A stretch of 57,236 nucleotides of DNA, taken from assembly GCA_902386535.1 (NCBI GenBank), contig CABMJK010000014.1, positions 1-57,236 on the forward strand. Reading direction: 5' to 3'. The notes below the pieces were generated by a model, which was not told the origin of the DNA, made no database searches, and saw nothing but the letters and a program-made list of their open reading frames with translations. Every line of letters starts with the position of its first letter. The stretch's first letter is position 1. A program made the translations under genes and the position numbers. Shown here in pieces: positions 1 through 8,437 of this stretch. The DNA comes from Candidatus Burarchaeum australiense (GTDB taxonomy: Archaea > Micrarchaeota > Micrarchaeia > Burarchaeales > Burarchaeaceae).

Positions 1-457
1 CAGACGTTCCAAACGGGCTTATCTTCAGCCGCCTATAGCCTCGTGCAAGCAGTTTATCGCGCTGCTTCTGCGAAAGCTCCTTTTCCACGTAAAGGCGATT
101 TGAAAGGCGTGCGCCCTTCCTCTTCTTCAGAACCGGTATCAATTCTGGCTTAGGCTTCTTCCGTTCTGCCTCCCGCCGCTCCATCTCCTTCTGCATTTTC
201 TCAAATTCCTTGTAAAACTCCACCGATTCCGGCCAGACTTGTGCTTCCGCCTCTTTGTCCGTCATATTTGCATTTTCCATCAGTTCACAGAATCGCAGTA
301 TCTTCTTATGCTCCTCTATTCTGACTGCCTTCTTTTCCTCCTCACTATAGCCCATCCAGTCAATCCCATCCACCGTGCTAGCTATGTGGTATTCCAGCCA
401 GTTCGGTTCATTCCGCTGGCTCCAATATTCCATCAAAAGTTCAAACTTCGTCATCAT
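1..457 (-). CDS. Hypothetical protein of the integrated element, 3' end outside the window
   Basis: Not in the ORF track. Read by hand from ATG at 457: MMTKFELLMEYWSQRNEPNWLEYH...KELSQKQRDKLLARGYRRLKISPFGTS, open to the window edge; overlaps the stop of the upstream gene. Confidence 0.7.
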   Translation of the reverse strand, partial: MMTKFELLMEYWSQRNEPNWLEYHIASTVDGIDWMGYSEEEKKAVRIEEHKKILRFCELMENANMTDKEAEAQVWPESVEFYKEFEKMQKEMERREAERKKPKPELIPVLKKRKGARLSNRLYVEKELSQKQRDKLLARGYRRLKISPFGTS

Positions 458-980
458 CCCCCTCTTTGTCAATGTCATACAGCATCAGTTCCTGCTTTAT
501 GGCAAACAGCCTAAATGAGACGTTTTCCAGTTCAACCGCCAATGCCTTGATTTCGTCGTAGGTTCCGAGCTCCCTGACGTCATACGACTCCATCGCACCC
601 TTCCCTCTTTTTCGTTCGTACCTCTCGTCATAGGGGTCCCTGTTCTTCACCTTATTTATTTCCCATGCGAACTCCTGCACTGCGTTGGATTTTCTATCCA
701 CGATTTTCATTAGCTCTGCCCTCTTCCTGAGCAGCCTCTCATATTCCAGCAGCAGTTGCCCCAGCGCATTATCATCAAGCGTTTTGTTATCGGCCTCCTC
801 TTTTTCCCTGCCTCCCAAGAACCAGTAGCGTATTTTATCAGAGAGCCACTCCGCGAACATTTTGAGCCCCACCACAACCGCAAACGGCATGGCAAACAGC
901 ACAACCAGCGCCAAACCTATTAGCACTCCCGCGCCTTTCACCACATATTCAAACAACTCCTCAACAGCCATTTCACTCAC
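441..980 (-). CDS. Hypothetical membrane-anchored protein with coiled-coil-like body
   Basis: 179 aa; N-terminal hydrophobic helix GAGVLIGLALVVLFAMPFAVVVGL; overlaps the integrase stop codon. Confidence 0.7.
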   Translation of the reverse strand: MSEMAVEELFEYVVKGAGVLIGLALVVLFAMPFAVVVGLKMFAEWLSDKIRYWFLGGREKEEADNKTLDDNALGQLLLEYERLLRKRAELMKIVDRKSNAVQEFAWEINKVKNRDPYDERYERKRGKGAMESYDVRELGTYDEIKALAVELENVSFRLFAIKQELMLYDIDKEGDDDEV

Positions 981-2172
981 CCAGCAATTCCTTGTCCAGC
1001 CCCATCTCCAGCATCTTTTTCACCAGCAGCTTCTTCACCTCCGCATCCTGTATGAGCAGGTTCATCAGCCCGTTTGCCTGCGTATTGGGGTCATTGATGA
1101 CGAGCCTCTCGTCAAACGGATTGCCGCACTTCCCGCAGAACGACTGCGTAGGAGAATTTCTTTCCTTGCACCTAGAGCAAATTCTCAAATCCAGCTTCGC
1201 CTCTTTCTCTTCCGGCTTCTCCTTCAGCGAGTACAATTGCAGCAAAGTGGAATCAACATCCCTCCCAGAAAGGTGCACATAAGTCGCAGCCATCTCGCTT
1301 CCCTGCGTCCAGCCAAAATACTCTTTCATTTGCGCTTCCGTAAGCTTAGACGCCAACGCCGTAGCCCTAGAGTGCCTAAATAAATGCGGATAAACCCGCT
1401 TCTTTATACCCCCGGCCTTCCTCGCTCTTTCCAGCATAACAAGCAGCGAAGGATAAGCGAAAGGCTGGGGTGAGTACCTGCCCAGCCTGGCAGGCCACAA
1501 GGGCGCATCAGGCTCGTCCTTGGCCGGATGCTCCTGCAGCCACTGGCTCAGCACCTGCACGCTTGCAATTATCCTGACTCGTCTGCTCCCAGTCTTCCCA
1601 TTCACAATAAGCACAGCGCCGTAATTGTCAAACTGGACGTTCTTCAGCTTGAGGTAAAGCAATTCACCTATCCTGCATCCAGACTCGTACAACGCCAATA
1701 TGAGCGCCCTGTCGCGCGCATTGGTGGCGGCATTTGCCAGCCTTCCAACCTCTTCAGCCGAGAGCAGCTCTTCCGGCAGCTTGTGCCCCTTGTTCTTCAT
1801 GCGAGGCTTCAGCCACTTGATCTCAGGTGGGTATTCCTCATCATTCCCCTTCAGCCACTTATAAAACAGCTTCAGGACAACCTTGAAATCATACCTCGTC
1901 GTTTCAGCATAGCCCTTCGAGTCAATGGCAGCCACAAGCCCTATAATGTCCTCCTTCTTCGCCTCTGAAAAGCCCTTCCCAAGCCATCCTGCAAGGTAGC
2001 GTATGCACCACATGCACTTTACAACGCGGAGCTTTGTCGAACCCCTGGCAAGCCGCATCCTGGCAAAATCCGCTATCTGGCGCTTACTCTCGGCAGGCAG
2101 CTTCGAGGCATTCAGCCTCTCCAGCTCCCTTTCGAAGTTCGTCTGACTTTTGTACATATTGTAGTCGCTCAT
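973..2172 (-). CDS. Tyrosine recombinase/integrase with C-terminal zinc ribbon
   Basis: Catalytic set present: ESGCRIGE (R), NGKTG (K), HLFRHSR (HxxR), FGW, ATYVH (Y). Tail CSRC...CGKCG. Confidence 0.95.
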   Translation of the reverse strand: MSDYNMYKSQTNFERELERLNASKLPAESKRQIADFARMRLARGSTKLRVVKCMWCIRYLAGWLGKGFSEAKKEDIIGLVAAIDSKGYAETTRYDFKVVLKLFYKWLKGNDEEYPPEIKWLKPRMKNKGHKLPEELLSAEEVGRLANAATNARDRALILALYESGCRIGELLYLKLKNVQFDNYGAVLIVNGKTGSRRVRIIASVQVLSQWLQEHPAKDEPDAPLWPARLGRYSPQPFAYPSLLVMLERARKAGGIKKRVYPHLFRHSRATALASKLTEAQMKEYFGWTQGSEMAATYVHLSGRDVDSTLLQLYSLKEKPEEKEAKLDLRICSRCKERNSPTQSFCGKCGNPFDERLVINDPNTQANGLMNLLIQDAEVKKLLVKKMLEMGLDKELLGE

Positions 2173-2302
2173 GGCTCCCTGTCCTGCTCAGAGGTCTATT
2201 TATAGATTGCTGCACAATGAGGCACTTTCGTGCCTAGGCTAGCGACGAAGATGGAGTTAGGGGATTGACGAGGAAGCTACGGGTTTGGCATAAGGTCGGT
2301 TT

Positions 2303-2389
2303 GCAGATGGAAGGTGCTGTGGTGAATAACTCACGTCGGAGAGCGTAATTTCGGCTACGACGTATAATCACCACAGCAGATGGAAGGTG
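2303..2389. repeat. 14-bp direct repeat GCAGATGGAAGGTG enclosing a long hairpin
   Basis: Repeat at 2303-2316 and 2376-2389; inverted repeat TGCTGTGGTGA (2315-2325)/TCACCACAGCA (2368-2378) with inner ACGTCG/CGACGT. Confidence 0.8.
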
Positions 2390-2448
2390 GCTCAAGGATA
2401 GTGTTAAAAGCCTGAAAAGGCATAAAGAATAGCTATTCCTGAGGTGTT

Positions 2449-4002
2449 TTGATGGAGCAGATACAAAAGCCCGTTAATCGTGCCAAAGTCGATGTTGCGA
2501 AAGAGCGGATGCGGTTTGGCGTGTATGAGGCTAGAAATGATGTCTCCAGAACCAGTCCCGAGTCGCTGGAGCGGGCATCTGCTCATTTTTCAGACCTGTC
2601 CTTCGGCCGCGGCGGCGACATGGCTTGGAAATTATCCAACGTAAGCGGCGAAGCATTTCAGAATTTTTTCCCAAGACATATTTTCACACGTGAAAAAAAA
2701 CAGGCAGCAAGGGAATTAGCTGCTGATTATGCGATTGAACATGCAAGGTCGATTTCTACTGATGAGTCATACCATCATTCAGGGTATTTTTCTTCACTGA
2801 ATCATCATTATCAAGACAGCATGTACTATCAGTCATCATACGCTGCATGTGTAATTTATGACGCCGTACAACTAACCAAAGAGGCCTATGGCATGGACCG
2901 GGCCGTTGAAGTTGCAAAAGAACTGGGCGCCAAGGACGATTTCCCAAAGCAATCGCGCAATCAGGCGACTGATGAATTCGCTGCTGATCATGCGTTTGAA
3001 CGTGCAAAGTCGATTCCTAAGGATGATCTAAACTTTGCTTCTGTAATTGATGAAGCCATACGAAAAACCAAAGAGGCCTATGGCTTAGACCGGGCTGTTG
3101 AAGTCGCAGAAGAACTGGGCAATAAGATGGCGGCCCTTGAACTTCTAGCGCGCGACTTATCATACAACTCATACGAGAATCCGCATCCAAACTATATGGG
3201 AAAACTCGAACGGCTAGATAGGTATGCTTCTGCGTTGGTCCAAGACCCTGCACTTGCGCCAGAGGATAAGTTAAGGGTTTTTGATATTAATTCTGATAAG
3301 CATGTTAGCTTTTATTGGGGGAATCCTAAGGAGCTAAAGACTAAAAATGAGTTTTTTTGGCGTTCTTTTAAGAAAGAAGATGTGCAGGCCAATATATCGG
3401 TCTATATACGGGGCATAGAGCTTCAAATTTCCAAAGCACAGTATCTGGAAACAATGGAAAGATGGAACGATGCAGCTAACGCCTGGAAGGGCGTGGCCGA
3501 TCAATTTGTCAATTTAGTAGGAGACGCGACCGAAAATAATGCGTTTAATCGCCAATTCGAAGCACTGAATAAGGGCCTAGCTGCTGTAGACAAGGCTCTT
3601 GGAGAGGTACCAGTGCATAAAGAAAAAATACTCATCCGCCTGAAGACCAACATGCTTGGACAACTAGCATTGATGGCGGTCGGGCAATTCACGCCTGCCA
3701 ATGTCCATAAATACTATGAAGCAGCGAGAGACCACATGCTGAATGTGCGTAATTACGAGGCGCTGGCCTACCTCAGCTTCAAACTGGGTACGCAGAGCAT
3801 TGGAGATAGTCCTTTCCCTGACGACGTAGCCCTCAAACTAGATGAAAAGTCCATATATTATCTGAATATGGCACGCGATGCCGCAATTGCTTCTAAAAAC
3901 ACAGTTATAGTGGAATATGCCTCCGAACTTCTAGACCAGTATACGGCATACCAGCGCCTAGAACAACGTCGTATCAATACTAGTGAAACGCGCCTATCAT
4001 GA
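2449..4002 (+). CDS. Hypothetical alpha-helical protein with an internal duplication (element cargo)
   Basis: 517 aa; repeated blocks AADYAIEHARSI/AADHAFERAKSI and TKEAYGMDRAVEVAKELG/TKEAYGLDRAVEVAEELG. Confidence 0.75.
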   Translation: MMEQIQKPVNRAKVDVAKERMRFGVYEARNDVSRTSPESLERASAHFSDLSFGRGGDMAWKLSNVSGEAFQNFFPRHIFTREKKQAARELAADYAIEHARSISTDESYHHSGYFSSLNHHYQDSMYYQSSYAACVIYDAVQLTKEAYGMDRAVEVAKELGAKDDFPKQSRNQATDEFAADHAFERAKSIPKDDLNFASVIDEAIRKTKEAYGLDRAVEVAEELGNKMAALELLARDLSYNSYENPHPNYMGKLERLDRYASALVQDPALAPEDKLRVFDINSDKHVSFYWGNPKELKTKNEFFWRSFKKEDVQANISVYIRGIELQISKAQYLETMERWNDAANAWKGVADQFVNLVGDATENNAFNRQFEALNKGLAAVDKALGEVPVHKEKILIRLKTNMLGQLALMAVGQFTPANVHKYYEAARDHMLNVRNYEALAYLSFKLGTQSIGDSPFPDDVALKLDEKSIYYLNMARDAAIASKNTVIVEYASELLDQYTAYQRLEQRRINTSETRLS

Positions 4003-4198
4003 GTTAGGCTTGCATTTTAGCTGGCGCCAGTTAGCGGGTCCTGTGTCTTGAATTCGCCTAGCCCCCGTCCTCGCTTTTCTTGTCCGAGATTTCGGCCTCA
4101 AGTTGCTCGTGGATCAGGTAGTGCAGTATAAATAGCTTGTTCTAGGTATTTGACGAGGCTACAGCCAGATCGCGGTACACCTATAGTATAAAGCTAGA

Positions 4199-4284
4199 TG
4201 TGGGGGGAGGGATTTGAACCCTCGAACTCACTAAGAGACAAGGTCCTGAGCCTTGCGCCTTTGACCAGACTTGGCGACCCCCAC
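4199..4284 (-). tRNA. tRNA-Leu(CAG)
   Basis: Acceptor GTGGGGG/CCCCCAC; anticodon arm CAAGG-CTCAGGA-CCTTG; long variable arm; GGTTCAAATCC T arm. Confidence 0.95.
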
Positions 4285-4320
4285 CAAAAGAACCTACGGT
4301 TCTTTTGAGAACTCCCTTCT
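4285..4320 (-). repeat. Family B palindromic element in the tRNA-Pro/tRNA-Leu spacer
   Basis: Minus strand AGAAGGGAGTTCT-CAAAAGAACC-GTA-GGTTCTTTTG; perfect 10-bp stem abutting the tRNA-Leu 5' end. Confidence 0.75.
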
Positions 4321-4330
4321 TCAATGCGAG

Positions 4331-4403
4331 TGGGGCCGCCGAGATTTGAACTCAGGTCTCTAGGTCCCGAACCTAGTAGCATACCAGGCTAGCCCACGGC
4401 CCC
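4331..4403 (-). tRNA. tRNA-Pro(CGG)
   Basis: Acceptor GGGGCCG/CGGCCCC; anticodon arm CTAGG-TTCGGGA-CCTAG; GTTCAAATC T loop. Confidence 0.95.
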
Positions 4404-4432
4404 CTCAGGTATCCCTTCTTTTTCCGTCGATA

Positions 4433-4447
4433 GTATTTATTAAGTAT
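4433..4447. promoter_or_regulatory. Putative TATA region for divergent tRNA-Pro and argS
   Basis: TATTTATTAAGTAT about 25-30 nt from both the argS ATG (4467) and the tRNA-Pro 5' end (4403). Confidence 0.5.
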
Positions 4448-4466
4448 TTCACCTTTTAATTCCCCC

Positions 4467-6370
4467 ATGACGGCCGACCCGTATCAGCAGGTGCGCGAGG
4501 AGATAGCGAAAAGGCTAGAGGAGGCTTGCCGCTTCTCAGGCTACGCGATCCACCTCACTGACGTGCTGCGCTCGCTCGAGGATGCCAAGCCCGAGTTCGG
4601 CGAAATTGCCTCCACCATTGCATTCACGATTGCAAAAAGCGCGCGCCGCAACCCGAAGGAAATAGCGCTCGAGCTTGCGAAGCGCTTCCCCGAGCACAGG
4701 TTCATTGAAAGGTGCGAGGTGCTCGGCCCCTATCTGAACTTCAGGCTCAGCACAGAATTCCTGAAATACGCGATTGACTCTGCCGTCGACCAGAACCGCA
4801 CCTACGGTTCGCGTGAGCCCAACGGCAAGCACGTCTACGTGGAATTCCCGTCAGTCAATCCGAACAAGCCCTGGCATATCGGCCACCTGCGCAACGCTTT
4901 GCTCGGCGACTCGGTCGCGCGCCTCCTTGCATTCACGGGCTTCGACGTCAAGCGCCTGGACTACATCGATGACCTTGGCCTTCAGGTCGCGCAGAGCGTC
5001 TGGGGTTATCTCAATATGAGCAACAAGATTGACATGAAGGCAGACCAATGGCTCGGCCGCCAGTACGTCGAAGTGGCCAAGCGCATCGCCGACCCCGAAG
5101 TGGAAAAGCAGGTGCGCGAGATAGTCGAGATAATGGAAAAGGGCGACCCGCTTTCCGCCGGTGCGGAAAGGGGCCCCTTTACCGAAGGTAAAGTGGGGGG
5201 CGAGATTTCGGCGACCGCGCGCAAGCTCTGCTCCCAGTGCGTAACGGCGCAATACGAAACCGCCTTCAGGCTCGGCATCTACCATGATTTGCTGATATGG
5301 GAAAGCGACCTCGTGCAGGCGCGCCTGCTCGAGCGCGCGATGGAAAAGGCCAAGGCCCTGGGCGCGGTGCAGATGAGACCGAGGGCAAGAACGCGGGCTG
5401 CCTTGTCGCAAAGCTCGCCGGGCGCGAGGAGTTCGCGCAGATGGAAAGCCCGGACAAGGTGCTGCTGCGCTCGGACGGCACTGCCACCTATGCGGCAAAA
5501 GACCTGGCCTTCGCGCTCTGGAAGTTCGGCGTGATAGATGCGCAGCTGAAATTCTCGGAGTTCCTCAAGCAGCCCAACGGCACCGCGCTTCTAACCTCCT
5601 CGCGGCAGGGCTCAAGTTCGCGCTTCCCTCCCGCTTCCGCAGCCATCAATGTGATAGGCGTCGAGCAGCAATATCCGCAGCGCGTTCTTTCGCTTCTCAT
5701 GGAGTCCATGGGCTTTGGCGAGCAGGCGGCCAACTACGTGCACCTTTCCTACGAGCACGCGGGCCTGCCCGACAAGAAGTTCTCGGGCCGCGAAGGCTCC
5801 TGGGTCGGCTACAGCGCCGACGAGGTAATAGACGAGGCCGAGGCGCGTGCCCTTACTGAAATACGCGCGCGCTTCGCGGACATGGCCGAGGACGAGAAGG
5901 CAAAGATAGCGCGCTCGGTGGGCATAGGCGCGGTGCGCTTCGACATGCTCAGGACCACGCCCGAGAAGAAAATAACTTTCACCTGGGAGAAGGCGCTGAA
6001 CTTCGAGGGCGATTCCGCGCCCTACATCCAATACTCGCACGCGCGCTGCACCCGCATACTCGAGAAGGCCGGCGAGGTGCTCTTCGGCGATATCAGCCTT
6101 CTGTCGGAAGCCGAGGAGCGCGACCTGGCCATGCACCTGGCCCGCTTCCCCAGCAAGGTCTCGCACGCGGCCATCGACATGCGGCCCCACCTGATAGCGG
6201 AATATTTGCTCGAGCTCTCGGCGCTCTTCAGCAAATTCTACAGTGCCTGCCCGGTTTTGAAGGCCGAGCCCCGCATGATGGAGGCCAGGCTCAAGCTCGT
6301 GAAGGCAACCCAGATAGTTCTTCGCAACGGCCTGAACCTGCTCGGAGTCGATGCGCCGGAGAGGATGTGA
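4467..6370 (+). CDS. argS: Arginine--tRNA ligase, split by a one-base frameshift near 5375
   Basis: Frame 1 has VEFPSVNPNKPWHIGHLRN; frame 2 has LLRSDGTATYAAKD, KFSGR, GDSAPYIQYSHAR and the LGVDAPERM terminus. Adding one G at ATG(G)AGACC joins them. Confidence 0.93.
5147..5197. repeat. Family A double-hairpin element, in frame inside argS
   Basis: CCCG-CTTTCCGC-CGGT-GCGGAAAG-GGGCCC-CTTTACC-GAA-GGTAAAG-TGGG; 51 nt; flanked on both sides by GGGCGA. Confidence 0.85.
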
Positions 6371-6374
6371 TGCT

Positions 6375-6809
6375 GTGGCGGAAGAAAATCTCATGTTAGA
6401 CCCGAGTTTGGCTGCAAACAGACCTCTGAGAAATGTCAGGATTGACGGCACGCAGCATACCGTGGAAGCCGTGTATGCTGACGACCTCTTGAGGGCCAAA
6501 TACATTTCCCACGTTTTGAAGATTGCGAAAATCCCGGGCTATAGCTCCTTGGGCAGCGGCAATAACGTAATGATGGCGGACGCGGTTCAGATGGCCTGCA
6601 TGCGGCTTGCATGCGTGGCGCTGCCGATTGACACGGAGGCCGTCAATTTCCTGAATGAGCACGTAAAAGGCAAGAACAAAACCTACTCGCGGGAGGCAAC
6701 TGCCGCACTCCAGCACATACGCGGCCGACGCGCCTCCACCACGCCCGTCCAGTTGCAAGGAACTATTCCAATAACCGGTTCAACTCCTCTGCGCGCCCTG
6801 AACAAATAG
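6375..6809 (+). CDS. Hypothetical protein
   Basis: ORF directly after argS, probable GTG start; no recognisable motif. Confidence 0.5.
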   Translation: MAEENLMLDPSLAANRPLRNVRIDGTQHTVEAVYADDLLRAKYISHVLKIAKIPGYSSLGSGNNVMMADAVQMACMRLACVALPIDTEAVNFLNEHVKGKNKTYSREATAALQHIRGRRASTTPVQLQGTIPITGSTPLRALNK

Positions 6810-6847
6810 CCAGTAGGCATCGAAGCGCCCTGGCCCCATAAGTCCAG

Positions 6848-7756
6848 CTACTTCTTCCCTTCGCGCGGCAAAGTGATGACGGGCGTCTTGCCATCCGCGC
6901 CGAACACGATCACGGGAGAAATGCCCTTCTCCGTAATCACGAACTTCGTATTGTTCTCAAGCGTGGCCTGCAGCACCTCATATTGCTTCAGCGTCTGCGC
7001 ATTGCCCACGAAATATTTCTGCGCCGCGGTGTTCACAGCCTCGATGGCTTTGGCCTTGGCGTCAGCCTCTATCTCCACGGCCTTCGCCGCGCCCTCGGCC
7101 ACCTTTATCGCAGCCCTTCTCTCTCCGTCGGCCTTCGTCTCGGTGGCAGTCGCCAAGTCTGTGGCCGCAATCTTCGTGTTCTCGGCCTTCACGACCTCGT
7201 TCATAGTCTGCTGCACGTCCTTGGGCGGCTCGATTTCCTTGAGCTCGGTCCTCACAATCGAAAGCCCCCAGCCCCTGCCCGTCTTGCCCTCCGCGACCCC
7301 GGTGACCTCGCTCTGCAACTCCTTCAGGAGCTGCTGGTTGATGGTGGTCCTGTCGCTGTTCGCCCTCGTGAGCGTCAGGTTTCCTATGATGTTCCTCAGC
7401 GTGGTCCTCGCCAGATTCACGATCTGCCACTCGTAATTCTGCACGTTATACTGCGATGCCTTCACGCTGTCCTCGTCGGAATTAACGCGGAAGTAAATCT
7501 GCGCGTCCACAAGCGCGTTCAAATTATCCTTGGTGATGATCTCCTGCTTCTCCGCATCCACCATGCGCTCGGTCACGTTGACCACTACCATGCGGTCTAT
7601 TAGCGGTATGATGAAGTTCAGGCCCGGGTTCGCGAAATGGTTGTATTTCCCCAGCCTCTCCACCAGCCCCCTCTGGGTCGGCCGCACTATCTTTATGCTC
7701 AGCAGCACGAGCACCAGCAGCACTAGCAGTCCCACAATAAACATAATGTCAACCAT
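6848..7756 (-). CDS. SPFH/band 7 (stomatin-like) membrane protein
   Basis: N-terminal TM helix; GLVERLGKY, PGLNFIIPLID, ITKDN, ARTTLRNIIG; Ala/Glu-rich coiled coil. Confidence 0.93.
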   Translation of the reverse strand: MVDIMFIVGLLVLLVLVLLSIKIVRPTQRGLVERLGKYNHFANPGLNFIIPLIDRMVVVNVTERMVDAEKQEIITKDNLNALVDAQIYFRVNSDEDSVKASQYNVQNYEWQIVNLARTTLRNIIGNLTLTRANSDRTTINQQLLKELQSEVTGVAEGKTGRGWGLSIVRTELKEIEPPKDVQQTMNEVVKAENTKIAATDLATATETKADGERRAAIKVAEGAAKAVEIEADAKAKAIEAVNTAAQKYFVGNAQTLKQYEVLQATLENNTKFVITEKGISPVIVFGADGKTPVITLPREGKK

Positions 7757-7826
7757 TTTCCCACCTCTTCGCTAAACCCCTTTGGCAACGAGGTTATTAA
7801 AGCCTTATTCGTAATAATTCTTCCAC

Positions 7827-8057
7827 GGGCCCGTGGCGCAGCCTGGAGCCCTTTCTTTCTTGTAAGAAAGAAAGCCCTCCTCTTTCCGCTTCGCGGAAAG
7901 GGACACCATTCCGTGATACGGAATGCGTGTCGGGTAAAGAAAGAACTGTAGGCGGGTAAATAGCGCGGCAGCCTTCTAAGCTGATGGTCGCGAGTTCAAA
8001 AGCCTTGCTGCTTCGCAGCAAGATTTGCCAGCAAGGCTGACAATCTCGCCGGGCCCG
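7827..8057 (+). tRNA. tRNA-Arg(TCT) with two non-canonical introns (D loop ~7847-7959; T loop ~8001-8043)
   Basis: Removing both inserts gives GGGCCCG TG GCGC AGCCTGGATA GCGC G GCAGC CTTCTAA GCTGA TGGTC GCGAG TTCAAAT CTCGC CGGGCCC G. Both junctions fold as BHB-like motifs. Confidence 0.88.
7879..7927. repeat. Family A double-hairpin element inside the tRNA-Arg D-loop intron
   Basis: CCT-CTTTCCGC-TTC-GCGGAAAG-GGACAC-CATTCCGT-GAT-ACGGAATG-CG. Confidence 0.8.
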
Positions 8058-8129
8058 TTAAATCTTTTTAAACCCTCGCATGCACTAACACAGCAATGAC
8101 TGCAGTGAATTACACCAATAGGCGATTAC

Positions 8130-8384
8130 ATGGACGAGGAAAAAATCAAACAGATTGTAAAACTTATGGAAATGCTCATGGAAGACACGAGCGTGCCCAA
8201 GAACGTGAGGAAGGCTGTTTCTGACGCCAGGGCGAAGCTGCTGACAAACGACGAGCCCGTAGTGCGGGCCAGCTCTGCGGTCTATCTTCTCAACGAGGTC
8301 AGCGAGGACATCAACATGCCCATGCACGCGCGCACCCAAATCTGGACCATAGTGAGCGCGCTCGAGCAGATAAGGAGCGAGTAA
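8130..8384 (+). CDS. UPF0147 family protein
   Basis: DTSVPKNVRKA and DINMPMHARTQIWTIVSALE motifs; 84 aa. Confidence 0.9.
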   Translation: MDEEKIKQIVKLMEMLMEDTSVPKNVRKAVSDARAKLLTNDEPVVRASSAVYLLNEVSEDINMPMHARTQIWTIVSALEQIRSE

Positions 8385-8437
8385 CTTTTTGGCTCATCTC
8401 AGAGCATAAAGCCCAAGCAGCAGCGCAAGCCCCAGCC

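Larger units (their letters stand above)
1..4198. mobile_element. Right-hand part of a putative integrative element at the 3' end of tRNA-Leu(CAG)
   Basis: Integrase and hypothetical genes, visibly more AT-rich than the backbone, abutting a tRNA 3' end. The second att copy is not in the window. Confidence 0.55.

Noticed and set aside
2265..4162. TTGACGAGG...GCTAC on both sides of the cargo gene (near 2265 and 4150) as att sites
   Set aside because: 9-bp match plus a gapped 5-mer, unrelated to the tRNA 3' end; weak evidence.
5141..5203. argS and glyS insertions as BHB-spliced mRNA introns, or as compensation for the argS frameshift
   Set aside because: The flanks cannot form a 4-bp central helix with two 3-nt bulges, and conserved ArgRS sequence continues in the same frame for ~55 codons after the insert.
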